Positions 36,132 to 50,606 are shown, numbered from the whole stretch's first letter. The stretch: 63,717 bases of DNA, filler included, from Choristocarpus tenellus KU-1152 (GCA_964200185.2; 10 parts of 10 records of this genome joined end to end with filler, not necessarily neighbours in it); one strand, 5' to 3'. Numbers and translations: made by a program. The notes: a model not told the origin generated them from the sequence alone.

Positions 36132-39100
36132 GTATACACCTTGTTGCACATACACTCCACCCAGTCAGGTGAATGCTGAAGATCTGCAGTTTCACTACAG
36201 TATTGATCTCAATTGTGGAAGACCCTAGTTCAAAGTTTCATGCAAGCTGTTGCCATTGAATGCACAATTCATCCCCCCACCCCCAACCCCTTCCAGCAAC
36301 CCTAACCCCAACCCTATCCCTATTCATAGCATCAACTAAACCCAGTAATTGTCATTACAACCAACACAAAAACAGAACCCTCCCTAACCCTAACAATGTC
36401 GATAAACAAGGCCCTGACCCCAGAATGCTCTCACGTCTGCCCCATGACCTCAAAGGCCTCAATATTGGACAGTGCAAAGGATGGGGTGATTAGAAGGGTT
36501 GTGCTCAGCGCTCTCTCATCCTCCTCCGAAACAACCCGCTCAACCTGCCCTTGGCAAAGATATCAATGGGGAGTGCAGTGAGGGGGGAGGGGAAGGAGAA
36601 GGACCTCTTACATAACATGGTTTTAATCACCAAGAAAGATTTTGCTGATGCAAGTTTGGCCATCTGTTCTATCCTTAAGTAGGGGGTGGACAGAATAATG
36701 TAGAATGCATCAACAGCATCAACAGCTCGCCCAAAGGGTAAAAGCTAAGGTGCACTCAATTCTAATAAAATACAGATCATCATTGCAGTCCGGAATGATG
36801 ACGTAAGTAAACAGCAAATGCTTTTCTAGCACCATGACCAGACTTGTTCTGGACTATTTCTCATCACACTCTCCTCGGATGTAACCAGTACATTGGTGAA
36901 CATAGAAGACAAATACGTTACGAATAAACTACCCGTTGCTTGAGGATATGTGCTCTGAGTGTTCACTTTACAGTTTCACCTCTCCTTTCAGCTAACTATA
37001 ACCCTCCAAACACATGGTTTACTCCAATGGCGACAATTCTAGACAGAAAGCATTATCACCACAAAGAAGATAACTCCTCACCCTTCCCCCTTGCCTCTCT
37101 ACAAACACCCTCTCTTCTCATATTCTTACCCCACCCTGCTTCCTCTCCCATGAGAAACACCTAACAACTAGCTTGATGAACGCTTGAATGAGACATGTTC
37201 TGTTTGGCACAGTCTAACATACCTTTCCTACAGGAACAACTGCAGTACACATGCAAGCACACTGACCGACCTTCACCCCTGCACTGGTTCCTCAACCCCA
37301 CCTACCCCCCCCCACAGCCAACCCAAATTCACCCTCACCCTTGCAACAGCATGAATCTTTTAGTCAACTATGGGCCTGGTTTTTCCAATCCAAAATTTTA
37401 AATGCTTAATTTTTATTTTTTCACGAAGTGCTTACCAAAAGAGCAATCAATATCAGGCCTAGATAAGAGAATCACGTAAGTAGCTGCTCCAACACTTTGT
37501 ATAATATTTTGATACCAAAAAGGATGCATACTATGATAGTGCCGTCTGGAACCAAATCAAATTTCCCCACCCCCATTCCCACCTCCCACTCATCCCCTGG
37601 TCTCACCTCCCGCCAGTACTCCCTATAAATGGCCTCAGAAGACGTCTCTCTTGTTACTGGGTAGTATACCTTGCCCACTGGAAGCCCTGCCCTAGCGGCA
37701 TCCACACTGAAGGGGCACACCCCCATGTCAGTTATCACTTCAACATGGAGAGGTGGTGATTGATGGGATGGGAGGGGGATGATGTGGGACAATAGTACTG
37801 AGAAGAACTCATATCTCAAGGCATCTGCTCACTTGCAATCTCAAGCATTTTGGAACTTTGGCACATACTAGAGTATGCCCTCTCTCTCTGATCTATCCAA
37901 ATAATAAAAATATCATTTTTTTTCCATTCAATACTAATACATCCATAACTCTGCGTGTGTGTGTGCACGGTACACAGTAACATACCTATGCAAATTGGAG
38001 GTAATAAAAATGATGGAAAAAATGAAAAAATGAAACAAAAATAAATAAAAATTAAAAAGTGAAGTATACTTTGTCGAAGTCTTGCTGGAGTGAACTGACT
38101 GGAGTTCCATCATAAGGTTCAGGGACGCAAGAAAACTCCACCCATTGTACGTCTCAAACCTAGTATGTCATTAATACAGAGATTGGACATGCACTATTTA
38201 TCGATAGCTTAGGAGTATGCCCCTGAAAAAGACATGTATCACAGCACAAAATCAATGCAAACAAATGTATCCATCTTTCTGCCAGAGTGTTGAAGTTTAA
38301 GTCTTCTAAAGGCTATCACAGTCTTTTTGAGGCGGAGCAGTAGTGACCTTCAGGAGTTATTTATGTATACCAAGAGTGTATGAACATAACAAAAACATAC
38401 ATATTGAACACATTTGGGGACGTTACAGTAGACTACAGGAGGTTGGTTTGGTGACACCATCACACCTCTACCCTATATGAAAATTCATCAAGCCGTCTAT
38501 GTTGCATCTGGATCATGAAGAATGCTCTATGCAATTTGCCAATGGTGTAATTCCTTGTGGCACTGCTCCTGCTGACATGTGATAGGCATCCTACCACACT
38601 TGCGTATAGGTAAAAAACCCCACAATCTTTCACAGATAAGAGAGAAGCAAGATGGCGGATCTACTGTTCCATTACCTGCATTTTCAACCCTGCAGCATCA
38701 TTCACTAGGCAATGCAGAGAGGAAACCGTTCTCCCTTCCCACACGTCTACCTCCAACCCCCCCTCAGCTCTATAGTTCACCAAAACCAAAACACACCTGC
38801 CTGAACCCACTCCTTGGTGACACCAATAATCTCCTGGTCAGACTCAGGAACAGCAGTGAGGGCCTTCATCCCACCCAACTCCCCCCCTACCCCTGTCCCA
38901 AATTCTGCTCCTTCCATTTCAGACTCGTCGTCATCTCCCAAGAGGGAGCGGTCAATATCCCAATCACCATCCCAGTCATCATCACAGTCATAGCTGTCAC
39001 CGCCTCCACTGCCCTTAACAGGTTGCACCTGAGGGAGGAAACAATAACACAATAATTTCTTGTTCATGAATCAATAACTGCAGATCAATAAGAATTTACA

Positions 39101-41268
39101 CAAGCAGAATTTGTGCATAGGTATGAGAGTTTTGGTGCTTCTAACAGAGACTATTTAGAGCACACCTAAAAAAATGAGGTATACTTCCAAACACTTCAGG
39201 TATCGAAGTCCTACAGAAGTGTGTATGTGCACACCTGTCTTGGTTTTTTGCACATTTATGCAGAATACTTTCTCTTACACAATCTCTATGTGAAAATACA
39301 AGCACATATATTGACTTCTGTGAATGAGAGTGAGTAGATATCCCTGACACATCACAATATATTTATTTCCCTGGATCTCTTACCACCAATGCAGGCACTG
39401 GGGCATTGGTCCTCCCCCCCGTAGGATGAGGTATGATTGACACCTCTGTTCCAAATCGTTCGCATGCATCTTGACACACCTGCTCACCAGTCAGCAGGTA
39501 ATGGGAAAGGTGAACAAAGGTTGCTAGCTACAATAGCATGGGAAGGGTGAGGATGAAAGGAGGGTGGTATGAATGTCCAGGCTGCAAAAAATTCTTCTAC
39601 TCGCCACGAGTCACAACAGCTACGATAGAGCACTCCCACCGTAGGATGATGTACACTCAACCTGCTTTCATTCAATATGCTTTGCCACGACTGCTGATGC
39701 ACTCCTGAATTAAAAATAAGGGCGCCATCAGTAAAGGTTTGTTCATCATTCCAAGATCTACGGAGGTTGCTTGACTACATTTTCAAGAAGCATACACCAC
39801 CAAACATGACCTAGCGCACCTCCCCCACCTCTCTAGCCTCCAGAAGGGAGACCCAAGAGCCAAGTGATATCATTGAGGGAACAACAAAATCATCCTATTT
39901 TTTTGCATCACGAAATATATGTACCATACCTTCTTGTCAGAAACAGAATTTTTGAAGTCGTGTCACGCTATCTATAATACACTACATAGTAGAACAATCA
40001 CCAGGTTTCTTATCTTGATTCCCAATTATCTGTTCCATCCAAAATGTACTTCACCTTCCCTAAGAGCAACTACAATTCAATGTTTTCATACGCTAGGCAG
40101 CTACTTGCACTCACAAGAGTCAATTGGCCAGAACCTTTCACTCTACACTTCCACTCTGATGCAAAATGTAAAACATTTTGCAGGAGGAACTGTACTATTA
40201 AACTGTAGAGTACCCTGATTTGCCTCCTACATACCTCCAGGTGCGCATACAGATTCTGCAGGCCACGGCTGTTCTCAATGGCAGCGCAGTCAGGGAACAG
40301 CAGTACAGTGGCCCCTCCCTCCTCCCCAGAGACTGGATCGGCCAGCACCTCCCAAATATCGGCCAGGACACCGGAGATACGCGTAGCCTGACATGTACAC
40401 GGGTAGAGCAGGTTGACAGGGTGAGAGCATGCTATGAACGTTTTATGAGTGGAATACTACGTCAAACGTCTGAGTGCATCGGTCGCTCACCCCACATGTA
40501 TCCAGGAGTAAAATCGCAACATGAAGCTGGGGGCACTGAAAAAGACATGCTCCACTCGCTACTCCGCTCTATTTGTGAGTGCCCACCCATTACTAGTATT
40601 ACAGTGATTTTCTCAAGGAATTACAAACTTGTGCATACGTAGAGAACTGCTAAGAGTTAGTGCTAGCATCGTCAGGTGGTGCAGGACGACTAAACAATTC
40701 GAACCCCCTTGCCCTACAGCAAGACGGGAAGGTGTGTAGCGATCTGAAGTAAGTTGTAACAGGTCCAACGAAGCGGGAGAGTGAATTACAGACGCAGTTC
40801 AACAGGTTAATATCGAAGAGAAATGCTTTATGTGCAAAAATTAGCGAGGTGGGAGAGACAGAGAGAGAGTTCAGGGAACGATACGGGACAGAAGTTGGAG
40901 TGCATGTATGCAGCGGACGTAAAGAGGTATGCTTCGAGCTCAAAGGTATCAGGATCACCAAGCCAAATATTAGGCTTTCCAATGAGTACCTTAGAGGCTA
41001 CCGCGTCGTGCTCTGGGAACATTTCCTTGGCCCAAGAAAGTCCATCGTTTGTGGACGCTGATAGCCCAAACGCGTCCGATCCAAGACCCTCCCTGGTCTC
41101 AAATTGTGGAGATACAATCCCTTTGGGGGAGGAATAGAGGAACCTCGATTGCTGGTTCAACTTCGTAGTGATACCATGGCGTCCACCATATGGAGTCAAG
41201 AAGCCCTGGACAAGGACCGGGATAGAAATGGCAACGAGGGCCAACACCACAAACCCATTCCCTACCAT
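34965..41268 (-). CDS. Plastid-targeted DUF1415-family protein, 3'-incomplete; exons 41268-40990, 40387-40235, 39479-39384, 39028-38798, 37737-37607, 36544-36435, 35899-35822, 35055-34965
   Basis: Signal peptide ending VQG|FLTP (ASAFAP-like). DUF1415 motifs WVQAVITDMGVCPF, STTLLITP, IQLVFFHPLYTF, NFARRSPFPMINILR. All junctions are GT-AG and in phase. Confidence 0.85.
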
Positions 41269-41349
41269 AGCTGAGGCCACTCTTTGGTACCAACAGCACC
41301 CTCCCTTTCTCCTGTACTAGAGTATGGAAGACACTATCCTACCCCACCT

Positions 41350-43300
41350 TTATTTCCAGTAAAGCAGCCGACGGTCACCTGCTTCGAGATAATGGGTGAA
41401 AGTATCGTGGAGGACCAAGTTGTATGTTAAATACTGAACATACAAGACATCAACTACTTTTTTTTTTGGCAAAGCGATATCTTTTTCCATACTTTTAAAT
41501 CTTGAAAGGGTGCCACATACCAAACACGATCCTTGAAGCAACAAGAAGGTGGGGTCCTCTCATTCTGAACAACTGCTTACCCTACACCACCATCCATCAG
41601 AGGAACACATATCTGGTGCTTCCTTTTCACCTTTCTTTGACTGTCTACTTTCAGCTCGACGACCCAAGGACACGTTGCATGCATCCTTGCCTCTCCTTCA
41701 ACCAACTCCAGGTCAACCAAGAAAGGTGACACGATCACCCATTCTCCGCCTGCATTGTTTGCTTCCACACCCACAACTAGCTTTTTTGCTGCCTTCTGGT
41801 TTAACTATCACCTCTTGCGTTGGTCTCCTCCTTCACTTCGGTTCTGTGGCCTCCCTTCGTGACCCATTCGCCTCGATCCTTGGTAGTCAGCTCCTTATTC
41901 ACAAGAATGAATAATTCAGTATCCCGATTGCCCATACATCCATAAGTACAGAATGTTCTCTCCCTCTCTTTCACTCCGAAATTCTCGACAGCATGGTTGA
42001 CTGTTTGGGGTAAATACACCTTTGTTACTTACCGAGGTTTCGTCGTGGAATAGCGACGCGAAAGGAGTGGAGAAAATGTTCTTACCTCTTCCACCGTCTG
42101 TTCTGTTGAGAGAATATCCGGAATAATCGCTTGTCCACCCACTCTATCAGATGTGTGCCGTTCGGGCAAATAATATGTCGAGCAAGGTTTTGAGGATCCT
42201 GAAGCTGGCCTGTGGAGGGGACACCACCACCCCTGAGATCGTGTCCCTCTTGGCGGCCGCAACCTGTGCGGAAGCACGTCGTGAGGTACGTGTGTCACCC
42301 CTCGATGAGGGTTAAAAGCTATTTTGGTGTACGAAGACTCCATGTGCATTAGGTGATGTGTTTCAGGTTAACAGTGTTACATCCATACTTTCAAGGGTAG
42401 AGTCAAGGTGAAAAGTCACTTCTTGGGGGCAACAATCTTTGTTACCTTCTGTTGTAAATCCCCCTTGTCCTTTGATCTAATTCCCTGCATACCGTCCATT
42501 CCTTTACAATATAGGCCAACATGAATGGGAACCCTGAAAGTTAAACTAATTTCTATGCTTGGCAAAACTTATCGACTCCAATTTATCAGCGGCCTCAACC
42601 AAGACTCAGTGACGGAATAAGAGTTCAGTTCGGTCTGTGTCTATCTTGCCCCTGCCCAACAAACTCAATGTTCCCATTTCTTGTGCAACAAACAAACGAA
42701 CTTCCCCAACAATAGGTTTGTCGATGTGAAACAACTCCTTCCTACCCCGCAATCCCTGGCCTGCTCCTCATAGGCACCACCCACCACTATCGAAATGCAT
42801 AGACAATAATGAATACCCAGAATCTCATGTGCTTGTGGTATGCAGTACTTCTGTGGCACTAAACAGGGAGGTTCCTTCGATTTGGGCAAGGAATTATTGC
42901 CCCCCTTAAATTATAGTGCAACATAGACTTGCAAATCTTCATCCGTCAAAATCCAAGGCTGAGAAAAATGTGCTAACTGGTGCATGTGCTGTAATCTTAC
43001 GCATTCCCAAAGCACACTCGCGACCACCCATTAGAATTGACACCTACAAAATTCCTCCACAACAAAGGTGGTTGAAGCTTTCCTGTCAGACCAAGGGCAG
43101 TCATCCTTACCCTCGCTGGCAACAGGTCTTGGAAAAGGGATCCACACACTGCGTTTGCAGGGTGCAACAGGCTGGGGGGCATTGAGGGCCACAGCCAGTT
43201 GTGTGTCCCGATTGCTTGAGGTTGGTGAGTGATGTTCCTACTGACCCTTGAACTCCAAATGCTTATCGAACGGTGGACATATATTCAGGGATGTACTTCT
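41350..43300 (-). mobile_element. Decayed Ty3/Gypsy pol (RT/RNase H)
   Basis: EWTVCRELDQRT (cf. WR.C.DYR.LN..T), MESSYTKIAFNPHRG (cf. KTAF.T..G), MDGGVG*AVVQ (RNase H-like); many stops. Confidence 0.45.
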
Positions 43301-44225
43301 TGCATAATTTGATATCAAAGTCAAGAGAATGGGCACAATGGCTCAACAAGTTGAAGCATTTGCACTGCTCCATTTGGGAGAGGTTTTGTGAATAACAAAG
43401 TCCAGATGCGCACTACAGACTACTCCGGAGTAAAAAAGTACTATAAGTACTGGAGTGCAACCAACTACTATACATCATATTCATGTTCTTATTAGTTCAA
43501 TTATTCCTCAGTAGGATGAACGCAAACAAATTGTTTTAGATTCCACAGATAGTGACGAAATTCCTGCAAGTATTGAAATTCACCTTGGTGCTTGGCCAGA
43601 TGAAGTTAGTGATACCCGACTAAAGAAGTTGAGGACTATACTGATGCTGCATATCTCCATTCACGCAGCACCTCTAACACCAGTCAAACAAACATCTTGT
43701 GTTTCGTTGGGAATTCTTCAAATTATTGATTGCCCAGCTATACTCACCCAACCCTCTCTGACATTTTCGTACGTTCAGCAATCACATGGCTGATCTTGAC
43801 AGACAAAGCAACTGATAGGGGTTCAAGAGCTTCCAGTGCTGCAGATTCGATACCTGCAAACGTATTTACTATGTATATTATAGTTTATGGATGGTCTAGG
43901 CTGATTGAACACAATATTCCCCCATCTTTGCCATTTATGCTCACACAAAACTATAAGCTAAAGTGCACAATGCATATCCCATTTGTGACAAAATATGAGG
44001 TATGTTATCATTCTGACAAATGAGAACAAAAGGATTTTCTTTGGTTGGTGATTATATCTATCACGCTCGACCACCATCACCCACCTACTGACTACTGTCC
44101 ACTGGAATAGTGCAGTTTTGAGCATATGCCTGAGCACTCCATTATTTCATTGGGTTTTTTTACTCCCCACTCCTCCCTCCTCCCCCCTGCAATGATCCCA
44201 TTGTTTCAACATGTTGTTATCCAAG

Positions 44226-46130
44226 AGAGTGAAGGCATTTCCTCCGAAGCAATTCACAGGGCCCTCAGACAGTCAAATCTTGTGTTGGCCCTGATTGAAA
44301 CTGTCAAGGATCTGGATATTGCATCTGGGACAAAACGAGCGGCTGCCCAAGCCCTTGTTGGATTCTCCGCTGTAAGTCTTTCTGGGTTGGGAATAGGGTT
44401 GGGGGCTGCACTCCCTTCTTGGGTTGCCGTGTTCATGTCATGGTTGAGGTTGAGTTGGGATTAGGGATGGAAGTGGAGTTGGGAATTTTGAGATTGGACT
44501 TGGAAATGTGAAAATCAGAACTGCCACAGGTGTATTATGACATTATATCAAATGGTTGAGAACTGGTACAGCAATGAGTGCCATGTTAGTGTTATGGTAA
44601 TGTGGTGTAGGTAAAAGTAACCGAGAGAGGGGTGCCGCTGAGTTTTTATGGGGCCCTCTGACTTTCTGGTGAACAGTTATTTTTGGAGAACACAGCCCAC
44701 AACCGTGGAGTGCATTTTGGATTTTTTTTTAGTACATTCAGTTTGCAGAAGACCCTTCCCAACAGTCTATTTTTGTTGTATTCATCTTGCGTCAACGGGG
44801 TTGAACAAAAAGCCGTAGTACACACCCATCTCGGTTAATTTTACTATCTTCTTGTCTGCAAAAAGCACCTGACTTCTGATCGTGTGTTTTCCTCTGGGGC
44901 AGGCATTGTTGCAAGGAACCCTGTATTTTTTAGTGGTACAATGTAAGCATGAAAGTGCTATCTTCTACAGGATATTTACACACATGCACTCAACACAATA
45001 GCATGTACTGGAGCAAGATATGCACAGCTTTGTACACAAATGCACATTCACTCTCCAAAGACATACCATGGCAGGAACTTATCAGCAATCTGCATCTTGC
45101 ACCAGCTTAACAAATCCCCTGGATAGGGACTGATAAGTATGTGGTATAACCTACTACAACAAATCCGAATCCTAATCGCGATGAAGCCCCTACACCTCTC
45201 TGCAGTCATGACCACTTTAAAGTAGATTTTAGTGTGAAATTATACTAATGCCCTATAAAGAGTACACCCCGTAACTTCACTCTGTACTCTTCCACCATCC
45301 CAAATAATTCTCCTCACCACAACTACAGGGACACCCTAAGATCTGGAAGGCATTTGCACGTGAGGTGCTTACTAATGTTGAACTTCAGACAGGTTTCCTG
45401 TCCCTTGTCGCCCACATCGAGTCCATGACTGACTATCGATCTCAAGAGCTCTCCTTTGAGGCTGTGTATCGGCTTTGGAAGGTAATATTTCATCAGGGAA
45501 GGTATATTTCGGGTATTGATTGGAGGGCTTGTCATATTCCCACGTAAATCTCTCCCATTTTTCGTGCTAATAAACACACTCCCCATCCATGTTGGTTGGG
45601 TGGTGGAAAACCATACCCTTATAGTTGAAGAAGTAAGAAAATGATTATTTTTTTTACCACTGGCAATTATATTTCTATGATTGACAATATCCCACCTCAT
45701 TAATATTATGGTTGACGTTTTTGAGATTAAGGTTCGAAGCCATATATATGCTCTTATCCAAATTCACTACAGCACTTTATGTAAAAATCTATTTTTATTC
45801 AAAATTTCTCCTCCACCCCCGATCCAGAATGCCCAGTAGTCGATATATGCAGTCCTTTCTAATCAAAATTATAGGTGCTACAAAGGCAAAGATTATCAAA
45901 GGTCCTACCCCTCACACTGTCCCCCTGTGGACGGGCTTTGCCAATGACAGGTGTGGCGAAAGCTCCCTGGTGGGCCTCCTACGATTCCTGATGGATGCAA
46001 TGAGGAGGTAGCCCAAAGTCTCTCCTCCATACAAGTGGCAGGTTTTGATGAGGAGGTTCGGCATATGCTCAATCGCTTAAATTGTGCCCGGGAGACTCCA
46101 TCATCGTTTGCTGTGGCAAGCGTGAGCCAG
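44226..46130 (+). CDS. Internal exons of a helical/ARM-like protein (~44226-44371, 45389-45481, 45951-46130)
   Basis: Phase-0 GT-AG exons encoding ALRQSNLVLALIETVK..KRAAAQALVGFSA|TGFLSLVAH..YRLWK|VWRKLP... Confidence 0.55.
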
Positions 46131-46737
46131 GTAAGTGATGCTAGGGGATTTGATAACAAGGTCTGTGGGAGGGGGGCAGTTGAAGGTGGAGAAATGATAT
46201 GTAGGGGAGCCACATTTCACATACTTAGTTCCCCAGATTACACAATCGTCGATGTGGGCAGACATGTATTCCGAAAAGGGGTGAAATGCCCTCTTGGGTT
46301 ACAGGAAAGGTTATCTCATTTATCATTACAATTTTACATCTGACTACACTACTTTGGCACACAAGAGGGACAAGGGGTTCCTCTTCCACTTCTTGCACGT
46401 CACTTGTAATTCCCCCTGCCCCTCCAATGATTCCTAAAGAGTCATACCCTCCTTCAACACCAAAATTTCTTGCCAGGAAATACCCTGGGATGTTGGTGGT
46501 GGTGAGCATCCTTTTGGGATCACTCGGTGGATGGATATTGGCAGCGACTCCCTCAGTCTCCAGGCATGCACTAATGTTTATTGGATAGAAGGTTATATAA
46601 TAAAAATTGGGGGAACAGGAGGAGTGACCTCTGTACATTTCTGATATAACCCTGCCCCCCCCATAAGATTAACTAACTCCAAACCTCCAATACGATCAGC
46701 CCAAATCCCCTCCATTACTATCATTATCTTTGTATTA

Positions 46738-46811
46738 GACCCAAAGTATCTGGGAGGGGGGGGGGGGTCTACACCAGGGTGTCCATTTGGACCAAAATCA
46801 GGAAAAGTGCA
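46738..46811 (-). mobile_element. MITE family B terminus at a contig end
   Basis: GACCCAAAGTATCTGGGAG(G)nTCTACACCAGGGTGTCC is the reverse complement of the 3' part of 3351-3531. Confidence 0.8.
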
Positions 46812-46911
46812 NNNNNNNNNNNNNNNNNNNNNNNNNNNNNNNNNNNNNNNNNNNNTTAATTAATTAANNNNNNNNNNNNNNNNNNNNNNNNNNNNNNNNN
46901 NNNNNNNNNNN

Positions 46912-46957
46912 GACACCCTGGTGTAGACTCCCCCCCCTTCCCCCAGATACTTTGGGT
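46912..46957 (+). mobile_element. MITE family B terminus at a contig start
   Basis: GACACCCTGGTGTAGAC..CCCAGATACTTTGGGT. Confidence 0.8.
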
Positions 46958-46995
46958 TAAATTTTCGGTCAGTGATCTACGGAATTGCGTGAAAG

Positions 46996-47254
46996 GAGTG
47001 AAAGTATCTTAGAGGATACGAGTTTTGCCCTGTTTATCAGTTTGGGGCGTGGCTTCCCACGGGAAAGTTTAATGACAATTTCCTACTCCAAAATGTTTCG
47101 GAGTGGGTAAAACTTGTACGTTATGAAAAGGTGTGTCCGGAACAAGGATATTGACACTTCCTAACAACCACGATGACAAAATTACGTCAAAATCGCAACA
47201 TTGGATTTTGGCTCCCAAACGGACGCGGCTCTACCCTCCAAGATACTTTGACTC
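46996..47254 (-). mobile_element. MITE family A (Sola2-like), copy 1, TSD AAAG
   Basis: ~23-bp imperfect TIRs GAGTGAAAGTATCTTAGAGG.../...CCCTCCAAGATACTTTGACTC; AAAG on both flanks. Confidence 0.9.
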
Positions 47255-48979
47255 AAAGTGTGATAATGGAGATTAGGAACTACCCCCCTTTGTGCATAGG
47301 ACTCACTCTTCGTTGTATAACTTAATAAAGCACACTCTACATCATATTATTTTGGTGAAGCACACTTCTTTGGTAGCGTGCGAACACGTTTCAAACCGAT
47401 GGTGATGATGGTGATTGATGATTGTAAGCTTATCAATAGTAGTGGCAGAGATGGGTGGAATAACAAAGAAAAAGAGGTTAGAAACAGTAGGTAGCAAAGT
47501 CCACCCACTGGTTGCTCCTCCTCCTCCTGCTGGTGGTTGTAGTGACGGTACTCTGTACGAGTGGCTTCTGCTGGTACTACTGCTGCTGCTTCTCTATTGT
47601 TACTACCATGTACATACGGTAAGAAATTGGAATCAAATTTGCTATTGCTGACTCGCAATGCTGATTATTCTTGCGTTGAACGTGTAGTACTGGAGTACGC
47701 AAGATGTATGATGTCACACAGACGTTATTCTGTTTTACTTGGTGCCAACGAACAACGTAGAGAACGTAAGCCGTGAATAGGGAATAAGTTCTTCTGAATT
47801 ACAAAATGAATTTATTGATATTTTACTATTATTGAAAAAGTATTTCGTATCGAGGATTCGTGCAACAATGAAAGAAATTGCGGAAAGAAATTGCGGAGTA
47901 GTAGGTGTAGTAGTAGTAGCAGTGGTAATGGTAGTAGTAGTAGTATTCCAATCGCTTCTTTTGGAGGAATACACACACACACACACCACTTCCAGCACGA
48001 AAGGCTGTGCAAATCCAACAGCGATGAGAATGATAATGACAACATTATTTTTTGGAGGAAAATTGTGATGATGCTTACTACACTTGGACATAATTTCGTT
48101 CGGTTCATACATACACATGGATATGAAAAACTACATCAATCACTCACCGTATAATTATATGTATTTCATAGCTAATAATACTTCAGAAGTGTTTGTGATA
48201 CATACAACATACAACCAACCTTATTATCGACACAAATGCACACAAGAGATTTCAAGGATAAGACACAAAACAACCACTTGAAAAGAGGAGTTAAGGACTG
48301 CAATTGGGTGGGAATGTGGAGGGGGGTCTACTTGAAGTTTGTCCGAACGGGGGATAGAACAAGTAGACATCAACATACCAGAAAGGGGCTGTACCACAAG
48401 GGCTAACGACAAGCACATTTGAAAATCTCGAAGTACTACTTGTGCTCACGTGCAGGATAGAAGCACCGTAACACGAGAGACAAAAGACGAAAAAACAACG
48501 ATTGAAGAATACACGCGGCATGTAGTAGTTGGAAGGACAATATGGAAGAAAGAAATTGATAAGATAGGGAGAAGATACATACGTGATCAATGGACAGTTG
48601 AATGAGGAGAGTATCAAATGACGAAACACAAGGAATCAGGTTTACTACAATGCCACAATATACTTCAATATCTAACCCTTCTTAATAGCTCGAGCTTTTA
48701 GTAGTAATAGTATTAATAGCAATGTCATTTTAACTGTCTGAAGACGTGTATTACTTATCTATGGTTGACCTCTCGGTCCTCCTTTGTGGCTTTCAAACGT
48801 TTGGTGGTATTGCACAAAACTCTTCTCAAGTTCGGGAGAAGTTACAGGTATCCCCTCACTCCACCCCCAGTTCGTATCAAGATCATTCTTCCAGGTGGTT
48901 TTATTAAGTCAATTATTTTTTCCCCCCTTGCCGCCCCGCGTTGTGGCGTTGCTCTCCTGCTTCTTGTTCGTTCTCTTTT

Positions 48980-49650
48980 CAGTGAAGGGCCCATCGGCAT
49001 ACTGATTGAAGACACAGTGTTTCATTGGTTGGTTGCTCAGCCAAGTAGTCTTCAACATCTATCCTCGCAGAGAAGCAAATTGTCAAGTGCATGTTGATGA
49101 TCTCGCCATTCAGGAGGTTATTATCCGCTAAGAAAATGGCGAAGGTCATTACCCTTGCACCCCACACGACCACCACTACTCCGTTTGTGCCTTGTCCTAT
49201 GTTCCTCCCCTGACCAAGCGTATCATCATGGGCGCCATCCCAACCGTATGTACAATTAGCAGCACTGTCATTATTGCCATGGTCATCGTCATCGTCCACA
49301 TTCTATTTGTCACCCCTGTACACGTCCTCATCATTGGGATCTGTCTGTCATCTTGAACCCATGTCCTCATTTTCTCAATCAGAAGAACCGTGTAGAGACA
49401 GGTATCGAAGTCGAAGTTGATTGTGGCTTTGAGCTCGAGTTTCGTGTTAGCCTTTTGTGCGACCTCAAACTCAGCAGCCACTGCAGAATACACGGATGAT
49501 AGGGATAGACACCTGGTTGGTAGACAAGATGCAGGATATAGTGAAGTATTGCTAAGCTTGTGCGAGTTTCATTTTGTGGTAAGGCTGTGGGAGAGACTTC
49601 GATCAAAAGGAAACTCTTCGAACAAGAAGCTGTGTGACGGTTGTCACACG
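48980..49650 (-). mobile_element. Possible hAT transposase C-terminal dimerisation domain relic followed by an acidic linker and Ulp1-like fragment
   Basis: SF*SK..P...KLAQ...CILSTNQVSIPIIRVFCS (cf. FW...FP.L..LA..L.IPATS...ERVFS) and NNLLNGEIINMHL (cf. WLNDEIIN.YL). Confidence 0.35.
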
Positions 49651-50345
49651 TAAGGAATTAGGGCTACTACTGCAATAGTAGCACTTGAATACCTGAAATA
49701 AGCATTGTGTAGTTGACTACAACAATTAAGAAGGGGGGTGTTCCGATAGAAGGGACACTTACGCATATTGCATAGATGTAGCGATATGATGCACCATGAT
49801 GGATGCATGTAATGTGCTGGAGAAGAAGCGACCGTCACAAGTGAGCATTTTTCAGTGGTGCTATTATCTACTCCGACGTACTTAGTAGTTTAGGTACAAA
49901 AACAATAGATAAAGAAAATACACTAATAGTGCCATTATTGATGGTGGGTGGGTGTAAGTGTGGGTAATGCTTGCAGTCATAGGTTGTGCTCTATATGGAA
50001 GGGATAGATACTATTAAAATGAACAGTGGTGGTGCATGCGAGGGGATGATATAGAAGAAGGAAACAAATATATTATTGGTAGTAATAAGCTCACCTTGTT
50101 CACGTGACCCAAATTCGCTATATATCAAATATTGTGAAGAGCAAGCACTAGCGCAAAACAAGATACAGACAGAGGGCACAAAAGAAAGTACTTATATACT
50201 CGAGTCGAGTGGGTAACAGTTGTTGCTAAGACAAAATATCGTTGTTTGCCTGTTCCTCAGCATCTTGGTTGTGTTCTGCAGCATAGGTTCTAGGATGTAG
50301 GGCGCGCATGTTACGCGCATGGCATGTATTGATGGAGAAGCTGGT

Positions 50346-50606
50346 GAGCCAAAGTATCTTAGAGGGTAGAGCCGCGTCCATTTGGAGGCCAGAATCCAAT
50401 GTTGCTATTTTGATGTAATTTTGACTGTCGTGTTTGTTAGGAAGTGTCTAAGTATCCTTGTTTCGGACACACCTTTTCGTAACGTACACATTTACCCTAC
50501 TCCGAAACATCTTGGAGTAGGAAAATGTCACCAAAAACCCCATGGAAAGCCAAGCCCCAAACGGACAAACAGGGCAAAACTCGAACCCTCCAAGATACTT
50601 TCACTC
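50346..50606 (+). mobile_element. MITE family A (Sola2-like), copy 2, TSD TGGT
   Basis: GAGCCAAAGTATCTTAGAGGGT...ACCCTCCAAGATACTTTCACTC; TGGT on both flanks. Confidence 0.9.

Noticed and set aside
43748-43853. Isolated minus-strand exon-like segment (GIESAALEALEPLSVALSVK...)
   Set aside because: Has good splice signals but no partner exons could be linked and no family was recognised.
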